64,000 nt of DNA from Candidatus Eiseniibacteriota bacterium (GTDB taxonomy: Bacteria; Eisenbacteria; RBG-16-71-46), in the NCBI GenBank assembly GCA_963707915.1, contig OY970178.1, positions 1,568,001 to 1,632,000 on the forward strand. Direction: 5' to 3'. Shown piece by piece: positions 10,801 through 19,496 of the stretch. How positions within the stretch are numbered: the stretch's first letter is position 1; every line of letters begins with the position of its first letter. The position numbers were made by a program, and so were the translations under genes. The notes under the pieces are model-generated. The model saw only the letters and a list, made by a program, of their open reading frames with translations, searched no databases and was not told the DNA's origin.

Positions 10801-13294
10801 GGTCCAGGAGGTGGAATCCGCGCCTTTGCACGTCGAGGAGCGCGGCGATGCCGTCTACCAGACGGTCAGCAGGAACGTTCAGCTGCCCGGCCCAGTGCTT
10901 CACGAACGGGAGGTCCGAATTCAGCCCGAGGTACTCCACCTGGATGCGGCCCCACGGCTCGAGACCGATGCGCTGCTTCGCACCTGTCGCAATCTCGCGG
11001 AGGACAGCAATTCGCAGGAAGTGTTTGCGTTCGCCCGCATGTTCAACACCGGCGCTCTGCTTGCGGGCGACGTTCCAGACCTCCGGCAAGAGGGCCTCTG
11101 AGAGCTCGTCGTCTCCATCCAGCTTGCGATCCAAGAATGCAACCAGGTCCCCGACCGAGACCGGGTCCTGCTCGATGCGTTCCATCATGAGTGAGCGGAG
11201 GCGGAACCGACGAGCATGGTCGCGCATCCAGCCGGCCTGGAAAGCCGCGTCCTGTCGGTTGTCGGCAAACACGAGAAGCCGCCTGCGCTCGGCCTGCTGA
11301 ATCATGTTCTGGGCGAGGACATGCACATCCGAAACGTTCACGGCACGAACCGGGCGTGCTGGCTCGCGGACAAGCCCAGCATAGTCACGGCCCGGCGCTT
11401 TGCAGCACAGGCAGGAGCTGAGGTAACCGGAGTTCCTCTCCCCGGACTCGACCGCGTAGAGGCGAACGAGTGGCCCCGGTCTCCCGCAGGCGTCGCAGCG
11501 GTCGAGCGTGGCAGGGTGCAGCGCCCCGCATGACGCGCACAGGAATACGGGGTGGGTGCGCCCCGGCGCCTCTTCAGGGTCCTCGTCGTCTTCCGACGAG
11601 ATGAGGTGATCAACAAGAACGACTCGCTTGCCGCCCTGCGTGCGGTCCAACGACCTCCAGACCCGCCGTTCCGCGACCGCCTCGCCACCGTCCAGCCCTT
11701 TGGACCCAACTCGGATGTCGGCAACGTGGTGGACGAAGTAGTGTTGCCCGCACGTGCTGCACGTGGTCACGGGCAGGAACACTTGCCTGTCGGCAGGCGC
11801 CCCCGCACCATCCGCCGTCACCGAAAGGTGCAGCACCGGCGAGTCGCTACCGGGCGTAAAGCTGACCACTGCACCACCCACGCCGCGCACGAATGCGTGG
11901 GCGACTGGTCGCAACAGCGGTCGTCCCTCACGGCGAGAAGCAGAACCCAGCACGAGCCAGCACAGGACTTCCTCTTCGCTGATGGTCCGGCCCGCTGTCT
12001 TCGACATGTGTTCGGCAAGCTGACTGAGGGCCATCGGGCGTTCGACCGCCGCGACGATTTGGAAACACAGCTCATTCCCGGCAAGGGCGGAGTAGAGGTG
12101 CCCCGGCCAGTCCTCGCGGCTGAGCGACTCGCCAGCGAACTTCTCCCATGCGTTGGCCACCTGCTCGCCAGATTCGTCATCAGCCCCGACAGCAGCAAGG
12201 ATGGAGCTGAGATGCGCCGCGGCCTCGTCCTTTGGCGGGGATGGCCAGGCTCGTTCGGCTGCCCAGTCATCTTCGCGGTACTGCTCGCTGACCACCTCCA
12301 CATCCGACGGGTTCGCGCCGAAGAAGCGTGCGGCGAACTCCTTTGGCGCCTCCGTGCCACGCCTTGGGTCAGCCAAAGTCGCAGAGGTTCCGATGCACAC
12401 CGTCTGCGACGCTTCACGGCCACAGAACGCTGTCAGCCGTCGAATCAGGCAGGCCGTCTCAGCGCCCTCCACACCTCCGTAGGTGTGCGCTTCGTCGAAG
12501 ACGAGGTAGTGAAGCCGTGCGCCGTCGAACAGGTGGACATCCGCCTGCCGCGTGAGGAGCAATTCGAGCTGCTTCACGTTGGTGAGAAGGATTCTGGGTT
12601 GAAGGCCCGGGGTGCGCATCTCCTCGCGCGATGCCCGCTCTTCGGCCGGATGGACCGCCGTGCTGCGCTTCTCTCGTCGAGCCTTCTCGAGCGCGGCGCG
12701 ATAGTCGGCAGCAGAGGCCCCCGCACGAAGTCGCTCTCCAGTGACTTCCGCCTTCCTGTCAGGCGTGCGACCGACATACATACCGAAGGGAATGCCCGTT
12801 CCAGCCAGCAGCTCCCGGAGCCGGCCAAGCTGGTCCTCGGCAAGCGCGTTCATGGGGTACACGAAGACGGCAACGATCCCGGGAGGCGCACCCTCGTCCC
12901 GCAGTTGGAGACAACGACTGATCACCGGGTAGAGGAAGCACTCCGTCTTCCCAGATCCGGTCCCCGTCGAGACCAGCGTCGTTCGCCCCGCCGTGATGGA
13001 ACGAATGGCTGCTTCCTGGTGTCCATAGAGGCTCGGGAAGGGCACCAAGTTCAGCATGTGGGGATGCAGCAGGCCTTCCTCGACCAAGCGATTGACCTGG
13101 CCACCCGTGGCGTAGGCCCTGGACAGGCTGATGTAGGGCCCGCGCACCAGCGGTGACTTGCGTGTCTCCGCGAGGGAGAGCAACCGCCGCATCTGAGCGT
13201 GGAGGTTCTCGTCGGCGAAGGGGTAGGCCGTAAGCTGGTACCGCAGGAAGTCACCGACGACCTGCTCCGTGAAGCGGATGGGGTTCAGTGACAT
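7886..13294 (-). CDS. Large SF2 DEAH helicase with DUF1998 (MZB) and C-terminal Vsr/DUF559-like nuclease domain (DrmA/DrmB-fusion-like, DruE-like)
   Basis: TGTGSGKT, YPMNALAEDQ, FDEAH, TSAT, EHSAQ, TPTLEMGVDIG, QRVGRAGR and several CxxC motifs. DUF1998 segment LYDPMPGGSG...CPSACGRSCVDCL; tail TTPDAYF...VYLDG...HG...DRAIREELRARGYEV. ATG 13294 has a GGAG RBS. Confidence 0.9.
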   Translation of the reverse strand: MSLNPIRFTEQVVGDFLRYQLTAYPFADENLHAQMRRLLSLAETRKSPLVRGPYISLSRAYATGGQVNRLVEEGLLHPHMLNLVPFPSLYGHQEAAIRSITAGRTTLVSTGTGSGKTECFLYPVISRCLQLRDEGAPPGIVAVFVYPMNALAEDQLGRLRELLAGTGIPFGMYVGRTPDRKAEVTGERLRAGASAADYRAALEKARREKRSTAVHPAEERASREEMRTPGLQPRILLTNVKQLELLLTRQADVHLFDGARLHYLVFDEAHTYGGVEGAETACLIRRLTAFCGREASQTVCIGTSATLADPRRGTEAPKEFAARFFGANPSDVEVVSEQYREDDWAAERAWPSPPKDEAAAHLSSILAAVGADDESGEQVANAWEKFAGESLSREDWPGHLYSALAGNELCFQIVAAVERPMALSQLAEHMSKTAGRTISEEEVLCWLVLGSASRREGRPLLRPVAHAFVRGVGGAVVSFTPGSDSPVLHLSVTADGAGAPADRQVFLPVTTCSTCGQHYFVHHVADIRVGSKGLDGGEAVAERRVWRSLDRTQGGKRVVLVDHLISSEDDEDPEEAPGRTHPVFLCASCGALHPATLDRCDACGRPGPLVRLYAVESGERNSGYLSSCLCCKAPGRDYAGLVREPARPVRAVNVSDVHVLAQNMIQQAERRRLLVFADNRQDAAFQAGWMRDHARRFRLRSLMMERIEQDPVSVGDLVAFLDRKLDGDDELSEALLPEVWNVARKQSAGVEHAGERKHFLRIAVLREIATGAKQRIGLEPWGRIQVEYLGLNSDLPFVKHWAGQLNVPADRLVDGIAALLDVQRRGFHLLDRDGRIFSRYWQDGDREIQRGYLPLLRGVPKGLKFERAAEDDRGRVAQWISARGDTTLRKAARAFGVDEDHVEDFLRELWELLSAELQLLAPVTLTGSKGRALPNCGGVRQIDADRLLIAPHRGRWRCSRCRRAQVRPTPNDRCLAWRCDGQLSFEAKDEENYDLIALDQRFAMLRPAEHSAQVPGDVRERLERQFKGTGEAVNTLVCTPTLEMGVDIGGLDTVLLRNVPPLPANYWQRVGRAGRRHRLAVNITYARDTSHDRAYFAEPLKLLHGRVEPPRFNLRNEVMVGKHVRAAVLTRLHHLTQTEGGLGEFDRTEIQDALKNALPPRVKEYLFNESGMVRTGPYDVSTLNTVVTKHAPDLVGSVTRTFRDRWPESDAEVVAAERLEACVLGMAAELERVITTLKKRLDWCLRQMSRLETVRSQKGALDPDEQALYDRCTVIVKRLKGVETRRRRDTEGYDDTNTYGVLAVEGFLPGYGLETGQIVGTAIMPRMIGTLDDFDLPRPPATALREYVPGNLLYANGHRFVPRYFHLEATEPLLFEVDTAKGAVREVGRPSEGALAALGAIGLKAVPICDCDLAHQSRITDEEEHRFQLPVAVYGEELERHGPGQAYMWGARELLFRRNLLMRLVNVGPASRMQQGTLGYPVSLLSGQCRSPFSSDRELQEFSKNQQDRYGKPVDHVGFFAEVTADALTLQGCTGREEAFSVLETLRIGMAQVLEMEREDLELLVVAHAGTEEVDGFLYDPMPGGSGLLEQACARWPEVVEAALEAVDGCPSACGRSCVDCLQTFRNAFFHQHLNRKLAAERLKSWGNELAPAHPIPPRMQADAPKGTAQPVNEGEERLRQMMLRAGLPAFEWQHQIHLGQPLGSTTPDAYFPGDSDTPSVCVYLDGLSGKLHGNPETAARDRAIREELRARGYEVIAIPHSDLDDREAMASHFSRIVRWLVGKEEAQRVRSDAQWFEDGHS

Positions 13295-13358
13295 GCCACT
13301 CTCCGACACTTGGTGGCCCTCGTTGACGTGCCCGACCGAACCGCCGCTGACAGTGAGG

Positions 13359-14306
13359 TCATGCGCTGCCCCCATCTTCTTCCCTTGGGCTGGTGCTCGG
13401 CGGCATTGCGGACTGTAGCCGTTGCGTCGGCAGCACGCCCACCATCAGCTTCTTCAACTTCGATAGCGACATTGGCTTCTGGCCGTTCTTCTGCCTCTCA
13501 CCTGCAGCCTCCCACGCGAGACTCCCAGGTCCGTTGTAGAACTCCTCGAGGCCCCCGTCTCGTTGAAGGCGGAGCACAAGCAGGTGCTCACTCTCGCTCG
13601 AGAAACCGATCGAGTCGCCCTGGGTGAGCTTCACTTGGACCAGCCGGCCATCAGGGGTTCTTGCGTCGTGCGTCGGCGTTGAAGGTGGCAGCAGCTCGAG
13701 CCCGTACCTCTCCGCGGCAAGCACCTCTCCGATGCTGCCGACAAGATGTCCGTCCAGAGTAAAGGGGCGGCCAGGAAAGAGCGTCTCGAGTTGGGTCACT
13801 GCTTCCCTTAGCCGCTCCACGATGGGGGCCACTGAGGCATGGCTGTTCGCCCGCAGAGCCGAGACACCGTCGCGTTGGGCCTCGCGGGCGGCAAACGCTC
13901 GACACGACTCGCGCAGAGCCGCAATCACGGGGGCCGGCAGTGTCTCTCCAAGCTCAACCCGCTGGTACTCGAAGCGGTCTCCGAGGATCGTCGCCATCCG
14001 CGCGCCAGCCCACTCAGCGAGGTGCCCGCGATTGCTTGTTAGCCCTGGGCTACCTGGCAGATACACCTGAAGCAGCAGCACCCGCGCCTGTGGATGTTCC
14101 TCGAGCCAAGGCCAGAGCTTGAGGACATTGGTGCACGGGTGTTTCTGACGGCCTTCGACTTCGAGGACGATGAACGCGGATGGGCCGACGTGTGCATAGC
14201 CGTCTGCCTCCCCCCAATCACCTAGGCGGAGCTTCCCGGTATCAATCCGAAGGCCGAGAAGCAGGCCGAGTTTCTTCGCAGCAGCTTCCTCATCGGCCTT
14301 GCTCAT
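13359..14306 (-). CDS. Two-domain putative nuclease: N-terminal PD-(D/E)XK-like domain plus C-terminal DUF6998-like domain
   Basis: GEADG...IVLEVE in the N-terminal half; FTLDGHLVGSIGEVLAA...HDA...VQVKLTQ in the C-terminal half. ATGA overlap with the MTase stop. Confidence 0.7.
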   Translation of the reverse strand: MSKADEEAAAKKLGLLLGLRIDTGKLRLGDWGEADGYAHVGPSAFIVLEVEGRQKHPCTNVLKLWPWLEEHPQARVLLLQVYLPGSPGLTSNRGHLAEWAGARMATILGDRFEYQRVELGETLPAPVIAALRESCRAFAAREAQRDGVSALRANSHASVAPIVERLREAVTQLETLFPGRPFTLDGHLVGSIGEVLAAERYGLELLPPSTPTHDARTPDGRLVQVKLTQGDSIGFSSESEHLLVLRLQRDGGLEEFYNGPGSLAWEAAGERQKNGQKPMSLSKLKKLMVGVLPTQRLQSAMPPSTSPREEDGGSA

Positions 14307-17300
14307 CGCTTTCCTCTGCCTGGACGACTGCGCCTTCCGGTGGCAGGAGGATCTTCCATCGCCTCTCCGAACAAGGTGGGTTCCCCTGGGAAGAGCCTAC
14401 GCTGCGTGCCCGCCCGTTCATCGTAGGGGGGCGCCGAAGGCTCGGCGGCAAGGGGCAAGGCGGGCTTGTCGTCGCCCCTCGCGATCTGGTCCTTGAGCCG
14501 CGTGTATCCGGCTTCCCCGAGGACGTTCCGCGCGTGGCGTTCGCACTCCGCCCACGATTCCTCGACCGACTGCTCGAGCTGCCACGGGAGGAAACGCTCG
14601 CCAAGCCGGGCAGCGACGGGCTGAGGCTCCTTCGCACGATCGTCGTGGCCGAGACCGTAGTCGGCGAGCCGGACGGCTTCAGGCAGCATCCAGCCGTCGC
14701 CCTCGTTCTGCGCGCAGAACGCCTCGATGCCACGGTCCCGGTCATTGCCGTTGGCCGCGATGGTCTCCTTCAGATCGTGGAAGGCGACCAGACTCAGCAC
14801 GCTATGCCGTAGTTCGGGAACCTTCTCCTTGTCCACGCGCCAGAAGCCCTTCGGATCGAGCGTTCGAGCGAACGCCCTGTCACCCACACGATCGGCCGGG
14901 TGGTCGCAGTCGCGCAGGATCCAGGCGAGGTCGTTCCAGTCGAGGCCGTAGAGTTCTGCCACGATGGCGTCTAGGAGGCAACGTAGGCGCAGGCGTTCGT
15001 GGTCTGTGATTGCCCAGAGCTGTCGCCAGGCCGAAGTCCTTCTGCGCCGCGCGGACACTGTTGCAATCCAAATGGCAGCCCAACACACCGACGGCAATGC
15101 GAGTGCAGCCGCGTGGTCTGCGATCGTTGAGTGGTTGAGTGTACTTCGAAGGCTCGGCAGAGGGTTTTGCTCGAAGACATGGTAATCTAGGTGGAGGCCT
15201 CCGAGACGCACTCTCATCACGCTATCGAATGCGAAGCTGTTCAGTAGGGCACAGAGGACGGTATCGGCAGTCGACGATTCGGTCCAGAAGATCGCTGCCG
15301 TATCTCCTGTGGGCACACCCTCGAGTACTGCTGCTCCGCTTGACCGTTCGTTCGTCGCCGATCCAATTCGCATGTGAGCGACCTTGGTGCCTATCGGCCT
15401 GGCTGCAGCATCAAGGTAGCTCGAACGAGCCATCAGGTACTGTGATTCAATTCGCTTCGTGTCCCACGGCACGTCCCGCCAAACCGCCCCGCGCCCCTTC
15501 CCGCTGACCCAACCCTTTTGGCTGAAGTCGAACTGCCCGATCATCCGCCCCTCGTAAAGCGGCAGCGCCACGTCCTCGATATCCCCCTCCCACACCACCG
15601 CGCTGCCGTCCGCCAGCTTGATCCAGCCGGGATCGCGGGCGCGGGCGAGGTCGGGGGACGACTTGCTGAACTTGAGCCACCGCCCGTACTCGTCGGGCCG
15701 AAAGCCCTGCGCCTCCCACTTCGGCCGCGGCGGGAAGAGCTTTGAGTCGTTGGTCATGTCGAATTCGCGCGCGTACTGGATCCGCCAGCCGTCCTCGGAG
15801 CCATCGCCCAGCAGCACCGAGTTCGCGTAGATCTTCTCCAGCACCTCGAGATCACGCCGCTCACGAATCTCGAGTATGGCGAGGGTGCGGGGGCTGAAGC
15901 GGTCGACCTGGGCGCGCGAGTAAGGGATCGCGTGCTTCTCCGCTTCCTCCCAGTCCGCGAGCCGGCGCCGCATGAAGGCGGTTCGCACCGCCGTAGTCTC
16001 ACCACCCTTTTCAACGATGACCGGGCAGAACTTGAAGCGACCGTCCACGTCGGGAAAGATCCCATCCCGATTCTCGAACCCGAACAGCCACTCCCAGCTG
16101 CAGCGGGTGAGGAATAGGTTGCGCAGGTCGGTTGTTCCCTTGTCGGTGTAGAGCCCAGAGGGCACGATGAAACCCATGCGCCCGCCGCTGCACAATAGGG
16201 CGTGGCCAGCCTCGAGGAACATCTTGTACGTATTGAGGTCCGCCGAGCCCTGCCAACGAAATGGATGCGCCGGGTCGGCGTAGCCCTGTCGCCGAGCGCG
16301 CCGCGACGCCCAGGCCTGGTGGAGATCCCGGCTGCCCTGACCGAGCGCGAAGACCGTGCCGCCATCGGTGCCGTCACCGAATGGATACGCCGCGGCCTGG
16401 GCGAAGTTCGCAAGCCCCTTGAAGCCAGCGCAGTAGAGAAGCCAGTCGCGCTCGTCCTTGGCCGAGGCTGCGAACATCTCGGCCTGTCGATCGAGTGCAT
16501 GCTGCTTGCCGTAGGCCCGGTAGAGCGGATCGAGGTTGGAGAAGAACTCCTTCGAGGCAGGCTTCTGGATCTCCCACGGCGGGTTCCCGACGATGGCGTC
16601 GAAGCCCGCACCGGCTCGCGCGAACACCTCGGGAAACTCCAGTTCCCAGTGGAAGAATCTCTGCTTGCGCGCGATCTCGGCCGCCAGCGCGCGGCTCGCT
16701 TCCCGCGGGGCGGCGATGTCGCCGGGAAGGGGTGCATCGTCCAGCCCGTCGGCGGGCCAAAACCAGAGCGCGCACCAAGTGTCGAACGCCTCCCGGAGTC
16801 GCGCCAGCGCGGGGTCGGCGGCGAAACGTTCGCGGTAGAGCCGGGCCCGCTCCTCTGCCTCGTGCACGGGCAGGGCGTGGATACCCTCCATCAGCAGCAG
16901 AGACTGCTCGTGCAGGGACTCGGCGCTCGCACCCTGCTGCTCGAACGCAAAGGCCTCCTGCCCGGCCGAGCGCACGATCCACTCGCGCAACCCGCTCTTC
17001 ACCACGCCATTGCGCTTCTCTTTGATGGCTCTTGTCCACGCCTCCGCCTTGAAGTGCGTGCCGCGCGTGTGCTCCTTGTCGCCGCCCTCGCGGCACCACG
17101 CCAGCGCCGGGTAATCGCGGAAGTGATCGAACCAGCAGCCAACCAGGCTGTTCCCGCACTTCACCTTGTGATCAAGGAACGAGAACGGCAGGCGGCGCTC
17201 CATGGTCTCGACCCACAGCGAGAGCCGGGCCAGCTCAACCGCGAGTGGGTCAAGGTCCACGCCGTAGAGGCAACGCTCCACCACGACGCGCTTGAGTAAT

Positions 17301-19492
17301 GCTTCGAGGTGACCTTCGGCGTCTTCGGAGGTCGCTGGCACGTCGCGAAGGCAGTCGGCGAGCCAGGGCGGCATAGCGTCTTCGGCCAGCATGGGCCGCA
17401 GCCCCTCGTCCCGCACCTCGATCCAGCGGTGGTGGAACAAGCTCTTCTTGAGCCCTTCAGCCAGGAATCGCAGGACCGCCACGAGGAACGAGCCCGAGCC
17501 GCAGGCCGGATCGCAGACCTTAAGGGCCAGCACTTGATCAGGTTGCTTCGGCGTCCAGCGCTCGGCCGGGGCATCGAGGTCTGGCTGGCCGTTAGCATCA
17601 GCAGGCGGCTCGTAGGCTAGCGGCCGAAGCGTGCGCTGCACGGTCGGGACGGCCAGCTGTGGGCGCGTGTAGAACGTGCCCGCGCCCTTGCGGGTGCCGC
17701 CAAAGCGAACAAGGAACCATTCTCCGGGCAAGACCACGCGCACCAAGTTCGCCGCCGTTCTGGCGACTGCGTCTTCCTGCTCGCGCAGAGCATCGGGCTT
17801 CTTCGAACGAGGCCGGGGCACGAGGCCCCCGGCCAGGACCGCCCGCCGGGCCCATGCGAGCGAGCGATTATGGGCTGCTTCGCCCGGGCCGTCGGGCTCT
17901 GCCTCCGGTTGGGCAGCTTCCGCCTCGGACGCCGGCGGTGGTCCGCCTCCGGCTTCAGCGTCTTCCGCATCCTCGCCGAGAGGCTCTTCCTCGTCGCCCG
18001 CGTCCTCTTCATCCTCGGCCGCGGCCACCTTGCGCTTCGTCTTCGCCTTCTCGACCAGCGAGGCGAGCGTTTCATCATCCATCGCTTCAAGCCGCGACAA
18101 CGGCAGCGCGGGCTCATCACCGAGCCGCAGGAACAGTACCGGGTCGCCTTCGGGCGCGCGGCGCAGCTCGAAATCGAGCAAGCCCTCGTAGAGGATCCCG
18201 ATGTACTCGGAGGAAAGATCCGAGAAATCCACCGGCGAGTCCACGATCGCAGCGCCTCGGCCCATACGCACCCTCATGGGACACCTGGTCAGCAGCTCCA
18301 GCATCCGCTGAACCGAGGCATCGGGCATGACCGGCTGCTCGGAACTGAAGCACCCGTTCTCGAATGCGCGGATCGTCCTCAAGACAGGATCCGGCGATTG
18401 CGCGTCTCCCGCTTCGAAGAGCCCTCCCCCGTAGGCTGGCACAGCAAGTCCACTGTGCGACGAACCGCGGTGGATGAGGCGAAAGAGCCCAAGCACGCGG
18501 GGCCACGCGCTGTAGCGATGGCGGAGTCTTTCGCGACCCGTTGCCCCGCCGGCTCGATCGAGCTGCTCACGAAGGCCTGAAAGTCCGTAGGACCCGAAGT
18601 AGACCGGGTTCTCTACCGGCAACAGACCCGGGCGCGCTTCCGCGAAGAGGACCACCACCATCCTCATCACCATGCGAACGGCTGCAAGATAGATGTGGCG
18701 CGGCGAGATCTCCTTGTCTGCCTGGAGGAGACTCGAGAGCTGCTGGCCGTGCTCGCGGATCAGGAGCTCCACTGCGAGACGTACCCGCTCACCCAAGACC
18801 TGCGACAGCTCCGCCTGCCCCCGCCTGGTGGCATCAATGGCCGCGAAGAGCGGTGACGGCTCGCTCGGCGCCGCAGGGGTGAGCGAGGCCTGGGCCAAGA
18901 GCGTCCGCAGCGCCGTGACTTGCGGGCCGGCCGCCCCTTCCTCGAACCAGAGCTTCGCGTCGGCCTCGGCGAATGCATCGTGGTCCAGGCCCGCGTACAC
19001 GATTCGCCATTGCTGTCCATTCGTCAGGACAGCGACCTTGTGACCGGCCTGTCTGAGCCACTCCACCACGCGAGCCGCGGGGCGGCGGCCCCGCCCAATG
19101 CCGAGGTGGGGCGAATCATCGAAGAACACCGGGAGCGTGGCACCGTGGGCCCCGTTCCAGACCCGGCGCGGCTTGACTACCTCGCCCGAGATGGCCCGTC
19201 GGGTCCACTCGGAGGGCACATCGCCAGCCTTGAGCCAGTACCCGCTGCTGGGTTCGGCGCTGCGCCCCAGGCCGATGACCTGCTCGAGAACGGTGTCCAG
19301 CAACGCGATGTCAGCGTTGTGTTGACGAGTCTCGAATCGAATGAGGTCCCGGCGCAGACGCTCTTCGAGGTAGGCCGGGATCGGTGGAGCCTCGGTCGGG
19401 AAGAACTCAGTCAGTCGCGACGGGGCAATCAAGAGCCCCCCGTGTCTCAGGGAGCCCCACCAGCTCCGGGTTTCTTCCGCGACCGGGGGCAT
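14303..19492 (-). CDS. Large N6-adenine DNA methyltransferase (Eco57I/type IIG-like; DrmMI/PglX-like)
   Basis: GTFYTRP, DPACGSGSFL (motif I), YGVDLDP, VGNPPW (motif IV), C-terminal TRD, and N-terminal VLTNGQQWR. Confidence 0.92.
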   Translation of the reverse strand: MPPVAEETRSWWGSLRHGGLLIAPSRLTEFFPTEAPPIPAYLEERLRRDLIRFETRQHNADIALLDTVLEQVIGLGRSAEPSSGYWLKAGDVPSEWTRRAISGEVVKPRRVWNGAHGATLPVFFDDSPHLGIGRGRRPAARVVEWLRQAGHKVAVLTNGQQWRIVYAGLDHDAFAEADAKLWFEEGAAGPQVTALRTLLAQASLTPAAPSEPSPLFAAIDATRRGQAELSQVLGERVRLAVELLIREHGQQLSSLLQADKEISPRHIYLAAVRMVMRMVVVLFAEARPGLLPVENPVYFGSYGLSGLREQLDRAGGATGRERLRHRYSAWPRVLGLFRLIHRGSSHSGLAVPAYGGGLFEAGDAQSPDPVLRTIRAFENGCFSSEQPVMPDASVQRMLELLTRCPMRVRMGRGAAIVDSPVDFSDLSSEYIGILYEGLLDFELRRAPEGDPVLFLRLGDEPALPLSRLEAMDDETLASLVEKAKTKRKVAAAEDEEDAGDEEEPLGEDAEDAEAGGGPPPASEAEAAQPEAEPDGPGEAAHNRSLAWARRAVLAGGLVPRPRSKKPDALREQEDAVARTAANLVRVVLPGEWFLVRFGGTRKGAGTFYTRPQLAVPTVQRTLRPLAYEPPADANGQPDLDAPAERWTPKQPDQVLALKVCDPACGSGSFLVAVLRFLAEGLKKSLFHHRWIEVRDEGLRPMLAEDAMPPWLADCLRDVPATSEDAEGHLEALLKRVVVERCLYGVDLDPLAVELARLSLWVETMERRLPFSFLDHKVKCGNSLVGCWFDHFRDYPALAWCREGGDKEHTRGTHFKAEAWTRAIKEKRNGVVKSGLREWIVRSAGQEAFAFEQQGASAESLHEQSLLLMEGIHALPVHEAEERARLYRERFAADPALARLREAFDTWCALWFWPADGLDDAPLPGDIAAPREASRALAAEIARKQRFFHWELEFPEVFARAGAGFDAIVGNPPWEIQKPASKEFFSNLDPLYRAYGKQHALDRQAEMFAASAKDERDWLLYCAGFKGLANFAQAAAYPFGDGTDGGTVFALGQGSRDLHQAWASRRARRQGYADPAHPFRWQGSADLNTYKMFLEAGHALLCSGGRMGFIVPSGLYTDKGTTDLRNLFLTRCSWEWLFGFENRDGIFPDVDGRFKFCPVIVEKGGETTAVRTAFMRRRLADWEEAEKHAIPYSRAQVDRFSPRTLAILEIRERRDLEVLEKIYANSVLLGDGSEDGWRIQYAREFDMTNDSKLFPPRPKWEAQGFRPDEYGRWLKFSKSSPDLARARDPGWIKLADGSAVVWEGDIEDVALPLYEGRMIGQFDFSQKGWVSGKGRGAVWRDVPWDTKRIESQYLMARSSYLDAAARPIGTKVAHMRIGSATNERSSGAAVLEGVPTGDTAAIFWTESSTADTVLCALLNSFAFDSVMRVRLGGLHLDYHVFEQNPLPSLRSTLNHSTIADHAAALALPSVCWAAIWIATVSARRRRTSAWRQLWAITDHERLRLRCLLDAIVAELYGLDWNDLAWILRDCDHPADRVGDRAFARTLDPKGFWRVDKEKVPELRHSVLSLVAFHDLKETIAANGNDRDRGIEAFCAQNEGDGWMLPEAVRLADYGLGHDDRAKEPQPVAARLGERFLPWQLEQSVEESWAECERHARNVLGEAGYTRLKDQIARGDDKPALPLAAEPSAPPYDERAGTQRRLFPGEPTLFGEAMEDPPATGRRSRPGRGKR

Positions 19493-19496
19493 GGCG

